A stretch of DNA of 64,000 nucleotides. Source: Ostreococcus lucimarinus. Taxonomy: Eukaryota. Below, piece after piece: positions 53,540 through 63,865 of this stretch; within the stretch, counting starts at the first letter, position 1; every line of letters starts with the position of its first letter. The position numbers were made by a program, and so were the translations under genes. The DNA is taken from the NCBI GenBank assembly GCA_000092065.1, contig CP000582.1. One strand, written 5' to 3'. Below the pieces are notes generated by a model that did not search any database, was not told the origin of the DNA, and saw only the letters and a list, made by a program, of their open reading frames with translations.

Positions 53540-54223
53540 TTAAACTTTTTGCAACTCGGTCTCCTTCGCCTTGGTGAGCTCGTCCACCTTCTTCACGTAC
53601 GACGCCGTCAAATCCTCCATGCTCTTCTTCAACTTTGCGATCTCGTCCTCACCGAACGACCCCGCCTTTTCCAACTTTTCGTACGCCTTCATCGCGTCCC
53701 GTCGCACGTTGCGCAGCGCAACCTTTCCATCCTCGCCGAGTTTACTCACGAGCTTCGCGAGTTCCTTTCTCCGCTCCGCCGTCAACGGCGGCACGTTCAA
53801 TCGAATGATGTTCCCATCGTTCGACGGGTTCATCCCGAGATCAGATTCATTAATCGCGCGTTCGATATCCTTAATCGCGCTCTTATCGAACGGTTGAATG
53901 GTGATGGTCTGCGCGTCCGGCGTCGACGCGTTCGCGATCGTCTTCAGCGGCGTCGGCGCTCCGTAGTAATCCACCTCGATTCGGTCCAACACCGCCGCGT
54001 TCGCCCGTCCCGTGCGCACGGTGCTGAAATCGTTCGCGATGGCGTCCATGGTTTTTTCCATGCGCTCCATGGCGTCCAGCTCGATCTCTTCCGGGTCGAC
54101 GTCTTCGGGTTCGTCGGCTTTGCCCTTGGCGCGCGCGATGACGGCGCGCGTTCGACGCGCCGCGCGCTTCGCGGCGCCGAGCGCGACGCGCGCGACGGCG
54201 GGTGATGCGAGTGACGCGCTCAT
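53540..54223 (-). CDS. RRF: Ribosome-recycling factor (organellar, with presequence)
   Basis: ...MEKTMDAIANDFSTVRTGRANAAVLDRIEVDYYGAPTPLKTIANASTPDAQTITIQPFD... and ...LTAERRKELAKLVSKLGEDGKVALRNVRRDAMK... are canonical RRF. Confidence 0.85.
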   Translation of the reverse strand: MSASLASPAVARVALGAAKRAARRTRAVIARAKGKADEPEDVDPEEIELDAMERMEKTMDAIANDFSTVRTGRANAAVLDRIEVDYYGAPTPLKTIANASTPDAQTITIQPFDKSAIKDIERAINESDLGMNPSNDGNIIRLNVPPLTAERRKELAKLVSKLGEDGKVALRNVRRDAMKAYEKLEKAGSFGEDEIAKLKKSMEDLTASYVKKVDELTKAKETELQKV

Positions 54224-54378
54224 GGCGCGCGCGTGAGGTCTCGCGCGCGTCGCGTCGCGGTGTGCGGCGTCGACGTCGACCCGAGGGTTCCGAAAGTCGC
54301 GACGCGCGCGTTCGACACATCGCGTCGCGTCGCGCGTTCGACACATCGCGCGCGCGCGCGACCGAGACGCGTGCGATC

Positions 54379-55098
54379 ATGCCCTGCGCGCGCGCCGTCG
54401 CGCTCGCGCCCGCGCGCGCGCCGTGCGCGACGAAACCTCGAGCGAACCGTCGACGCGCGAAACCTCTCGCGCGCGCGAACGAAGGCGACGGCCTGCGCGA
54501 GGCGCTGAGCGCGGCGCAACAGGCGCCCGATAACGTCACCGAGCGCGACTTTTCGAATTACTACAAAGTTCTGAACTCGCAATCGCCCGAAGAGGCGCAG
54601 GAGGTGGTGGACGCGATGAGCGCGAGCGGCGAACTCACCGAGGGCGTCGTCGAGGCGGCGCTCGCGACGATGCAAACCGCGGAATCCAAGGGTGAACGAC
54701 CGGAGATCGTGCAAGCGCTGAAGGGTGTCTTTGAATATTTGCTGGAGAGTTATCAGCGCGCGAACGCGCCGGCGGAGTTGAGTGTGATCGACGCGGTGGT
54801 GGCGAAGTTGAACGCGCTCGAGGAATCGGACGACGACGCGAAGGCGGAGGAGAACGTCGTGCTCGAGTGCGTGCGAGAGGCGAACATGGACGTGAAAGCG
54901 TTCGAGCAGTCGCTGGATGGGTTTTTGGTCGCGATGGAGGAGCAAGACGCGCAGTTTGACGCGCAGGTAAGAGAGATGCGCGAGAAAGGCGTGGCGCCGG
55001 AGCAAGCCGAGCAAATCGAGCAGCTCGTGTACATGCGCGCCAACGCCAAGGCGCAGATGCTTTGCATTCGAGACATCACGCAAAGAATCAGCGCGTGA
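54379..55098 (+). CDS. Hypothetical protein, acidic, probably organelle-targeted
   Basis: Ala/Arg-rich N-terminus MPCARAVALAPARAP, then a helical acidic body; no family recognised. Confidence 0.35.
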   Translation: MPCARAVALAPARAPCATKPRANRRRAKPLARANEGDGLREALSAAQQAPDNVTERDFSNYYKVLNSQSPEEAQEVVDAMSASGELTEGVVEAALATMQTAESKGERPEIVQALKGVFEYLLESYQRANAPAELSVIDAVVAKLNALEESDDDAKAEENVVLECVREANMDVKAFEQSLDGFLVAMEEQDAQFDAQVREMREKGVAPEQAEQIEQLVYMRANAKAQMLCIRDITQRISA

Positions 55099-55252
55099 GT
55101 GCGCGTCGCGCCGGTGCGTCTATGTGACGCGTGGGCGATCGAATCGGCTTCTGTATCGGTACCCGCCGTCGTTTTGTTGTTAATAAATAGCGTCGCGAGT
55201 TGTCGTCGTCCCGAGAACGCCGCGCGCGCGCCGCACACCTCGACGCCTCGGC

Positions 55253-56365
55253 ATGGGAACCAGCGCGTCGAGAACCGCATCGAAAACCGCATCCATGTCC
55301 ACCACCGCGCACGCGTCCTCGTGCATGACTCCGGGCGCCTCGCGCGCGCCCGAATCCCACTTCCAAATGTTCGCGCACGACGACGAGTTGGCCGAGCGAG
55401 CCTGCGCCGCGGGCGTCGTGCGAAGCGTGTGCGCGGTGACGCTCGACGAGGCCAACGATTGGCGCGCGCGGTGCGAAGCGGCTTCGTTGACACCGAAACG
55501 AGACGATCGAGCGACGAGCGAGACGGCGCCGAGGCGCGCGCGAGGAAATCGCCGCCGAGGGCGACGTCACGAGCGTCAGATCGACGCGGCGCGCGAGCCG
55601 ACGACGGACGCGCGGGATAACGCGGATAAGCGCATGCTGCAAGACATCCTGCAAGACATTGAGGTCGTGGACACCGAAACGCTGAAGAGATCGATAGAGA
55701 CCGATCGGTTGGCGAGCGCGTTTCGCGGCGTCGTGGACGCGCGGGTGAAGACGATGATGGACTTCGTCGTCGCGTGGTGCGACGAAGCGCGCGATTTGGA
55801 ACGCGAGTGTCAAGAGACGTACGAAAAGACGTTGGAATCGACGATGCGCGAACACGAGCGCGCGTACGCACACCACGAGGACGCCACGCGGCGGTTTGAC
55901 AAGCTCGCGCAGGTGAAAGACGCGTCATTGGAGACGCGAAAGGAATTGGACGCGACGTCGACTGAAATCGCTGGCTTGGTCGCGACGCTAGAGCGCCTGG
56001 AGCAGATGATCAAGACGAAGAGCGAATCCTTCACGTCGTACTTCAACTCGCAGATTACGTTTTTGATTCGGAAGTTTGCTGACGGCGCGATCGACGGCAT
56101 GCGCGAGAGCGAAGTCGCGATCGCGGGGTCCGTGGGATCCGGCTCGATCGAGGCTTTGAAGCGAGACTTGCGCGAGTCGCCGCCTAAGAGCAAAATCGAG
56201 CTCGAATCCCCGCCGACGCCGCCGAAGCTGATGATCAAGCGTCGAAGCGCGAGTCCGACCCCGCGAAAACCACTACCGGTGGACGAAGGCGAGCTCGAGG
56301 AGGGAGAGATCGCACCGATCGAAAAAGGAGAGACGTCGGCGAGCGCTACGGCCGCCGCCGCGTGA
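55253..56365 (+). CDS. Hypothetical N-myristoylated (MGTSAS) coiled-coil protein
   Basis: MGxxxS consensus at the N-terminus; long heptad region (...LERLEQMIKTKSESFTSYFNSQITFLIRKF...); Ser/Pro-rich tail. Confidence 0.4.
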   Translation: MGTSASRTASKTASMSTTAHASSCMTPGASRAPESHFQMFAHDDELAERACAAGVVRSVCAVTLDEANDWRARCEAASLTPKRDDRATSETAPRRARGNRRRGRRHERQIDAAREPTTDARDNADKRMLQDILQDIEVVDTETLKRSIETDRLASAFRGVVDARVKTMMDFVVAWCDEARDLERECQETYEKTLESTMREHERAYAHHEDATRRFDKLAQVKDASLETRKELDATSTEIAGLVATLERLEQMIKTKSESFTSYFNSQITFLIRKFADGAIDGMRESEVAIAGSVGSGSIEALKRDLRESPPKSKIELESPPTPPKLMIKRRSASPTPRKPLPVDEGELEEGEIAPIEKGETSASATAAAA

Positions 56366-56389
56366 TTCTCGGCGAGGTTCTCTACGTAC

Positions 56390-56509
56390 GATTTCCTCAC
56401 TACAACATCGCTTTTTTTTCTTCGCTACTGTCCTACTGTACTGTACAACGATTTCCTCACTACAACATCGCTTTTTTTTCTTCGCTACTGTCCTACTGTA
56501 CTGTACAAC
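56390..56509. repeat. Perfect 60-bp tandem duplication in convergent 3' UTR region
   Basis: gatttcctcactacaacatcgcttttttttcttcgctactgtcctactgtactgtacaac x 2. Confidence 0.9.
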
Positions 56510-56551
56510 TTTGTCGTGCTACACGAAACATACTCCGATCGGTTGTTCGTA

Positions 56552-58948
56552 TCATCTAAATCTACGCACGAGCGCTAAACTCAACGCGCGCGCGCAAAAC
56601 GTTTCGGCGTCGACGGGCGAATCCTCGGCGAGCGCTTGCTCGAACAATGGTGCGCTCGGCGACGACATGTTCGGTACGGTGTCGACATCGATCACGATCA
56701 TCTCACCGTTGTCTAAATTTGCAAACGCATTGACTTTCGCGTACCCTTCGACTTGTAACGCGTCGCCCACGCGTCGAGCGCGTTCGCGCACGAGCCCGAC
56801 GACGCGTTCGGACAAGACTAATTTCGATTTGTCGATCGCCGATCGACCGTCGCGCGCGCGCACGCTCGGCGTGAACGCGTGTAATTTCCCGGGTTTGTCT
56901 CCGAAGACGACGATCTCGATCTCGATCCATCGTTTCGATCCGTCGTCTGGGTCGAGGACGATTTCGCCGTCGCCGCGAATGGAAACCTCCGCGGCGTCGA
57001 AGAATGGCTCGAACACGTACCCGCGCGCGGCGAGATTCGTGCCCTCGGGAAATTGCCCGCTCGCCATCGCCGCCGCGATGGACTCCGCGTACGCGAGCAT
57101 GTCGTTGTCGTTCATCAATCGCCGCACGCCACCGAAGGACGACTTGGTCACCGGTTTCACGATTACGCCGCGCGCCGTCGCGCTCGCGCCGCCGAGCGAC
57201 CCGACGACGTCCAACCAAAGACGCTTGGCCGATTCCGCGCGCGCGCGACCGCCCCACCCGCTCTCTTCCGTCGCCTTACTCACTAACGTCGCCGTCGGGA
57301 CGAATCGCTTATTCAAACACCCCACCCCTACGTCTCGCATGTTCCCCAACGCCTTGCTCGTCGCCGCCTTGTCCGCGCACACGCGACTAGCGAGCGGACC
57401 GCATCCGGTGTACGCCGCGCCCGAGGACACGCACAGTTGTTGTAAACTCCCATCGGGTTCACCCACGACGCCGGCGTTGAACACGATGGCGCCCTCGGAG
57501 GCGGCGAGCGAGAGCAACGCGCCCAAACGCGAGACGCGCGGCGTCGCGTCGAACGCGAGCGCCGCGTCGTCGCGCGGCGGCGAAATCCATAAATACTTTT
57601 CTAATTCCGCGCGCACGCGCCGAGCGGTGGCGAAGCGCCCGAGGTCAGGCATGCGCGGCGGAACGTCCGCGGACGACCACTGCGCGGGATTCACCGCGAA
57701 CGCGTACGGTAGCCGCCACGCCGGGGCGTCGACGAGCCCGTTTGAGTTCGCCGCGGGCGGCATCAAGAGCACGGGCGTGACGTCAATCGTCGGGATGTTT
57801 CGAAGCGTCAAGTATAAGTTACGCCCGGCGTAGCACGAACTCAGGCGATCGCCGCCCGACGCGGCGCCGCCGAAGAGAACGTACACGCGCATCGACGCCG
57901 AACTCGTCGAAGCGGGCGCGGGCGCGGGCGCGGCGACGATTTTCCTCGTCGACGCCTCGCGGCTCGTCGCGTTCTTCACCAAGTGTTCGATCACGGACTC
58001 CATGGACAGACCCACGGCCGCGGCGTGCACGAACATCTTCGACCACGCCCTCGCGGTTCCCGAGACCGGCGAATCGGAAAGCTCGACGCGCACGAAGGAG
58101 GTCGCCGGCGCCGAGGTCGAAGTCGCCGCCTCGTCTTCGTCTTCGTCTTCGTCTTCGTCGGCGTCGTCTTCATCTTCCTCGACGCCGTCGTACGCCACCG
58201 CGCCTTCATCACTCGCCGCGCAACTCACCAACCGCCCGCCTCGAACGTCGAAATCGCGCGACCCCGCGGCGTCCGCGAACGCGGCTTCCGCGCGCGCGCG
58301 AATCGCCGCCGCCACGAGACGCGGGTACCGCGTCGTCGATTCCACGTCCAACGCCACGCACGGCCGCTTCCGCGACCGCGTCGTCGACAGCGTCGTGACG
58401 TAAAAATCAAACCCCGCCGCGCCCTCGTCGCCGTCGCCGTCGTCGAAATCGCGCGAAGTCGCCCTCGCCGCCGCCCGCGCGCGTCCCGCGCGCGCGTCCC
58501 CCGTCGTCGCCAGCGCGCAATCCGCCCACGCCCCGTCGTCGCCGCGCGCGACGACGACCGCCTCGCACCGCGCCCCGACGCGCGCGTTCACGCACGCCGC
58601 CATCGTCGTCGCGTGCGCGAGCGCGTCCGTCCCCGCGCGCGAATCGCCGTCGCTCGGAAACACCGCGATCGTTTTCCGCCCGTCCGACGTCGTCGCCGCG
58701 CACCGCGCGCGTCGTCGCGCGAACGCGCGCGGTGCGCGCGAATCGCCGTCGCTCGGAAACACCGCGATCGTTTTCCGCCCGTCCGACGTCGTCGCCGCGC
58801 ACCGCGCGCGTCGTCGCGCGCCGCGCGTTCGTCCGCTTTGGTGCGGCGCCCGCGCCGGCGCGCGCGCGAGCCGCATCGACGCGCGCGACGCGATGTGCGT
58901 CGTCGTCGAAAAAGTGCACTTTTTCGCCCGTCCCGAATGGATTCGCAT
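56552..58948 (-). CDS. ddl: D-alanine--D-alanine ligase homolog (ATP-grasp), plant DDL-like; start uncertain
   Basis: Ddl-type N-domain MRVYVLFGGAASGGDRLSSCYAGRNLYL and C-terminal ATP-grasp end EGYAKVNAFANLDNGEMIVIDVDTVPNMS, with a second partial Ddl-like module upstream. Possible ATG at 58948 or 58603. Contains a 99-bp internal tandem duplication. Confidence 0.6.
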   Translation of the reverse strand: MRIHSGRAKKCTFSTTTHIASRASMRLARAPARAPHQSGRTRGARRRARCAATTSDGRKTIAVFPSDGDSRAPRAFARRRARCAATTSDGRKTIAVFPSDGDSRAGTDALAHATTMAACVNARVGARCEAVVVARGDDGAWADCALATTGDARAGRARAAARATSRDFDDGDGDEGAAGFDFYVTTLSTTRSRKRPCVALDVESTTRYPRLVAAAIRARAEAAFADAAGSRDFDVRGGRLVSCAASDEGAVAYDGVEEDEDDADEDEDEDEDEAATSTSAPATSFVRVELSDSPVSGTARAWSKMFVHAAAVGLSMESVIEHLVKNATSREASTRKIVAAPAPAPASTSSASMRVYVLFGGAASGGDRLSSCYAGRNLYLTLRNIPTIDVTPVLLMPPAANSNGLVDAPAWRLPYAFAVNPAQWSSADVPPRMPDLGRFATARRVRAELEKYLWISPPRDDAALAFDATPRVSRLGALLSLAASEGAIVFNAGVVGEPDGSLQQLCVSSGAAYTGCGPLASRVCADKAATSKALGNMRDVGVGCLNKRFVPTATLVSKATEESGWGGRARAESAKRLWLDVVGSLGGASATARGVIVKPVTKSSFGGVRRLMNDNDMLAYAESIAAAMASGQFPEGTNLAARGYVFEPFFDAAEVSIRGDGEIVLDPDDGSKRWIEIEIVVFGDKPGKLHAFTPSVRARDGRSAIDKSKLVLSERVVGLVRERARRVGDALQVEGYAKVNAFANLDNGEMIVIDVDTVPNMSSPSAPLFEQALAEDSPVDAETFCARALSLALVRRFR
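58637..58834. repeat. 99-bp tandem duplication (x2) inside the 5' part of the ddl-like ORF
   Basis: aatcgccgtcgctcggaaacaccgcgatcgttttccgcccgtccgacgtcgtcgccgcgcaccgcgcgcgtcgtcgcgcg repeated, encoding RARCAATTSDGRKTIAVFPSDGDSRA twice. Confidence 0.8.
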
Positions 58949-59984
58949 TCACAGACGCGCGCGCAGTCGAGATTCCGGATTCGGCGCGCGCGCGAACGAA
59001 CGCGACGGAGGCGTGCGGCGTGAGCGTGAGCGTGAGCGGGACCGTGAGCGTGAGCGGGACGTGATGAATGAAGGGCGCGTGTGGTGCGCCTGCAGAAATT
59101 CGTGACGACGCGTGCGCGACCGTCACGGGGTATGGAATTTAGTTTTCAACCAGCAATATTCCAAGCTCAGTTAAGACTTCACAGCTTTGGATATAACCCC
59201 ATGCGCAAAGATGCGACGCGGGACGCGCGGGACGCGCGGGTGATGGGACGCGTGGACGCGATGGCGATTTCGAGGTTATGGGTCAGGGCGTGCGATGGGC
59301 GTCGCCGCGCGCGGCGCGCGGTCGCGCGCGACGAAAGACGCGTCGGTCGGCGCGAGACGACGACGACGTCGTGCGTCGCGCGTCGTCGTCGTCGTCGTCT
59401 CGCGTCGTCGTCGTCGTCGTCGCGCGCGTCGTCGTCGCGGGAAAACGCGGCGACCGACCGAACGACACACTCGCGCGCGGCGCCGACGCGCGCGACGAAG
59501 GTGGTGATTTTTTACCACGGGTAGAATAAATTGGTTGAATCTCCTTGAATGGAATATAAAAAGGGTTGTATGTGGTAAAAGGCAACAGACAAGCACCTCG
59601 TTCTTATACTCCGGAGCGTTCGAGGGACGACGCCGCGCGCGGCGATCGGGTGCGCGCGCGACGGGGCCGGGGCGATTTCGAGGTTACGGGCGCGAAACAC
59701 GGCGCGCGCGACGGCGCGCCTCTCGTGCGCCGACCGATGCGTCGCGCGCGCGCGAACGGTCGCGCGCGGTGCGTCGACGCGCGACGCGCGCGCGACGCGA
59801 CGCGCGCGCGCGATACCGTCGAGCGCGCGTCGATGGATCGCGCGCGCCGTCGACGTCGACGCGCGCGCGCGTCGACGACGCGCGCGCGGCGCGTCGGCGT
59901 CGGCGTCGGCGCGACCCGTAACCCGCAAACGCGCGCGGCGACGTCGCGAATGCGTCTGGGGGGGGCGCGCGCGACTTCGCGCGC

Positions 59985-60150
59985 ATACTTACCTGCGCCG
60001 AACTCTATCTGATCATGAAGGGGTAGAGTTGCGCGAATCCGTGGCGCCTTGCACTTCGCGCACACGTATTCGCGTCGTTCGTCGCCTAACGGGGCGAACG
60101 GGGCGACAATTTATTCCAGGGTGAGACCGGCGTTCGCGCTACTCGCCATC
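59985..60150 (+). ncRNA. U1: U1 small nuclear RNA gene
   Basis: 5' end ATACTTACCTG (pairs with a CAG|GTAAGTAT 5' splice site). Stem-loop I AACTCTATC / TGATCATGAAGG / GGTAGAGTT, whose loop matches the U1-70K site GAUCA(C/U)GAAGG. TTGCAC U1A-type loop. AATTTATTCC Sm-like site. 3' hairpin GGCGTTCGCGCTACTCGCC containing CGUUCGCGCU identical to human SL4. Length about 165 nt. Confidence 0.7.
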
Positions 60151-60229
60151 GCGAACGTCGTCGGCGCCGCGCGCGAGTGTGATTGTACGGGCGTGTGCGT
60201 GATTACAGATGATTACAGACGCGTCGCGC

Positions 60230-60303
60230 CTATCGTCGAGGCGCCGGGATTCTCGCGCCGCCGCGCGCGCGACCGCCGCGCGCGCGACCGCCGCGACCTC
60301 CAT

Positions 60304-60335
<32 letters not shown>

Positions 60336-63300
60336 AAGCCTGCGAAACTGCGAGCGAAACTCGAGGACTCGATGAACGCGGCGTCGGCGTCGCTCAGCAC
60401 GCGCGCGATGGCGTCCACGGCGCCTCGCATATCCGCCGGTAGCGCGTCTTTCGGTCGCTCGACGCGCATGGCGAACGCTTTGTGCAAACGTAAGCGCAAT
60501 ACCGTGATCTGCGCCACCGCGCGCAAGGGCACGCGAAATCTCAACCAATTGTCCACGACCAACAACGCCGACGGCGGACCGTCTCTCGCGCGCGCCTCGC
60601 CGGTTTCGGGATCGATTTGCGGCACGTCTGGTTTCACCGTGAGCGTGGAGCACACGAACACGATCGCCGCGGCGGCGACCAACGTGCACTCGCGCACTTG
60701 CACCGCGTGAGGGCCTCGAATGAGTTCGTCGAAGCACGCCAAGGTGGCAATTTTTTCACCCGATTCGTTGAGCTCGCCGAGCGCGCTCACGTCGAGTTTG
60801 CCGTTGACGCTAAACGCGTGCACGCGCACGCGCTCGCCGCGAAGCGTTGCCAACGTCGGCGCTTTGCACTTTGGTAAAAATCGTCCCACCAAAGGGTACA
60901 TGCCCACGGCGAGCACCGCGCGCACAAGCGCGCCGGATGACGAGTTTGCGCTCGCGCTTCGCAAATCTGAAATGATGCCGCGCTGAATCAACGCCGTGAT
61001 TAATTGCTGTCGCATGCCCTTGATCATGTGCAGCGTCGACGGCGACAAAGAATTCGCGTTCAAAAAGTACCTTTCATTTTGACGCCCATCGCGCTGAACT
61101 TGCTCCCACGCCATGTACGCCTTGGTCACCGCCAAGTGATCGCTCCCGCCGCCGGCTTCGTTGGAAAACGCCGCGCGACTGGCGTCGCCCGATTTTCGAC
61201 CGTCGGCGGAGATGATGAAGGGCGGACGATACGCCGCAGCGCACGCGACGGTGAGAATCGGATCGAGAACGCCAAACAGAGCGGCGTACAAGATCATCTT
61301 CCCCACGCGCGGGTGCAACGGAAGCTCGCCGAGATGGCGGCCGAGTCGCGTGAGGCGCTCCTCCTCCGTCAAAGCGCCGATGTCCTTGAGCAATTGCACC
61401 GCATTGTCCGTCGCTTGCGCCACAGGGGGCTCGACCGCGCGCGCGAGAAACCCAGCCGTGCTTCCCGGCCCATCGTCCACGACGCCCGCGCCGCTTTCGG
61501 CCAACACGCGCACCTGCAAGCACAGCTCCTCGAGCGGCGACCGCTGCATCTCGGGCAACTGGTACTGCGCGAACGAGTCGTACCGTGAGGTGGAGTACAC
61601 GCGATAGCACTCGCCGGGACGCACGCGACCGGCGCGACCGCGTCGCTGTTTCGCACTCGCTTGCGAGATCCAAGCCGCCTGGAGCGTAGAGACCGCAGAG
61701 TACGCGTCGTAACTCTTTTCCTTCAACCGCCCGCTGTCGATGACGAAGACGACGTCGTCAATCGTCACCGCCGTCTCCGCGATGTTGGTGGAGAGGACGA
61801 TTTTGCGCAACCCTTTAGGTGGACGTTGGAAGACTTTTCGTTGATCCGCCGGGGCGACCATGGAGTGCAAAGGTAGGACGCTCGCCGAGTGACAGACGTT
61901 GTAATCCGCCGTCAACGAGTCGCGAAGTTTGGAGATTTCGTCCCAGCCGGGCAAAAAGACTAAAATCGCGCCCTCGGATCCTTCGTCGATCGCGCGCTCT
62001 TTCATGATCCAAACGATCAAATTGTGGATTAAGTCCACGTCCACCTCGTCTGGATCCACGGAGAGCTGGTAATCGCTCAATAGAAGCGCCGACTGCTCGT
62101 GACTTCCCGCGTCTTCGTTTTCGTCGTCCACGCTTCGCAACGCGTCCGCGAGCTCGACGTGTCCAAACTTATCCGCCCAATCCGCGGCGTTGCTCCCGTC
62201 GGTGCTTCGCATCGCGGGCGACGCTCCTAAACCTAAAAGCTGCGACACTTCCATCTGTCTTCCCTTACCCGCCGCCGCCATGAGCGCGGTGGCGCCCGTG
62301 GAGTGCGCGACGTTTACGTGCGACAACCCGCTCGCAGAATCTGTCTCGCGCGCGCACTGCATGAGCCAATCGAACGACTCGTCGGTGTCCTCTAAAAATG
62401 CTCGCATGATTGCCTCGCGCATGACGTCCACGCTCGCGCCCGAAGTGGGTGCGCGCACTCTCGGTTCGCCGCCGCCGCCTCCGCTCGCCTTCTTCGACGT
62501 GTGATGCACGCCGCCCCATCCGATCATGGGCAAGATATCTTCCAGGTGATACTCATTCACCGGATGCGTATAACCTGGCACTGAAATCACCGGACACCCA
62601 CCAAAGTATTCGCTAAACAAATCTTCGCGCATCGTCGCCGACATCAGCACGAGCTTTAGGTGCGGATGCTTCGGAATCACGCCCTTCAAAATGATGGTTA
62701 GGAAATCCGCAAACAAATCTCGCTCGTGCAGCTCGTCGATGATGATATGCGTCAATGACTCGCACAGCTTATCCGACGCCTCGCTCGTGAGTCGTCGCAA
62801 CAGCACGCCGGACGTGCAAAACAACAACGAACAATCCGCCGAGACCCGGCTTTCCAATCGAATCTGGTAACCGACCGTGCTCTGCCCGATGCTCTCCCCG
62901 CGCTCGTTCGCGATGCGCTCGGAAACCGTCATCGCGCTAATCCTTCGCGGTTGCGTGCACACGATCGACGCCCCGCGCCCGTTCGCCCACGCATCGTCCA
63001 AGACGTACTGCGGCACCTGCGTCGTCTTCCCGCAACCCGTCGACCCGGCGACGAGCACGACTTGATTCGCCCGTACCGCGTTCAATATCGCATCCTTAAA
63101 CTCCCGCACCGGTAACTGTTCGCGTTTCGTCTGTATCGCCGCCAACGACGCATCGCTCGCGATCTTCGCCCGCAAGCGCGCCGCTCGCGCGTTCGTCGCC
63201 TCTTCGCCCTCGCGTCGACCTCGCATCTCCAACGCCGAGTTCCCATACCCTCGCTTCTTCCCCTTCCCTCCCGCGTCCGCCACCGCCGTTTCCCACGCCG

Positions 63301-63727
63301 CGTCCATCGTTCCGCTCACGCTCGCTCGGATCTCTTCCTCGCTCTGCGGCGCTCGCTCAAAGTATTGTTCCATCGCCGCCGTCGCCCGGCGTCCGACGCC
63401 TAAATCAAACAAATCCTCCGCATCCTCCGGCACGTACGCGTCCGCCTTCGTCACGTGCACCCTGCGCTCCGCGCCCTTCCCGTACGACTTGCTCTTCAGC
63501 CCGATCTTCTTGCACTCGGCGTGGACGACGGCGCGGAAGTGATTATCGACGTCGGACGGGAAGATGAGTTCCGTCTCGCTCGCGTCGCGTCGAAACGCGT
63601 CCAGGGCGTCGGTGATGTGAATGCGCGCGAGCTCGCCCACGGGGCGCACGAACGTTCGCGAGGCGCCTCGACCGGCGGCGCCGGGAGGGGCGCGACCGCG
63701 GCCTCGACCGCGGCCTCGACCGGACAT
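60230..63727 (-). CDS. DEAH-box RNA helicase with N-terminal R3H domain and ankyrin-repeat insertion (YTHDC2/DHX36-like architecture), RGG-rich C-terminus
   Basis: R3H (LIFPSDVDNHFRAVVHAECKKIGLKSKSYGKG); Walker A VLVAGSTGCGKTTQ; IIDELHERD; ANK repeats (GATALMAAAGKGRQMEVSQLLGLGASPAMRSTDGSNAADWA) between helicase lobes; HA2/OB region; C-terminal FGGGRGGGGRGDGGRGGRARGG. ATG at 63727; RGRGRG N-terminus. Confidence 0.8.
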
Positions 63728-63810
63728 TCGATGCGATGTCACGGCGAGGCGCAATGTGAGGTTTGTCGAATCTGTCTGAACGCGTCGGTTTCTTGCGTTG
63801 CAATGGCGAC

Positions 63811-63865
63811 TATATCGTATATCGTGTATATCGTGTATCGTGTATATCGTGTATATCGTGTGCAT
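63811..63865. repeat. Microsatellite-like (gtatatcgt)n / (gtatcgt) array in helicase 5' region
   Basis: tatatcgtatatcgtgtatatcgtgtatcgtgtatatcgtgtatatcgtgtgcatcg. Confidence 0.7.

Noticed and set aside
59081-60065. Multiple 100-150-aa ORFs around 59.1-60.1 kb
   Set aside because: Their Arg-rich translations overlap the U1 snRNA and its upstream region. The RNA-gene interpretation explains the conserved sequence better.
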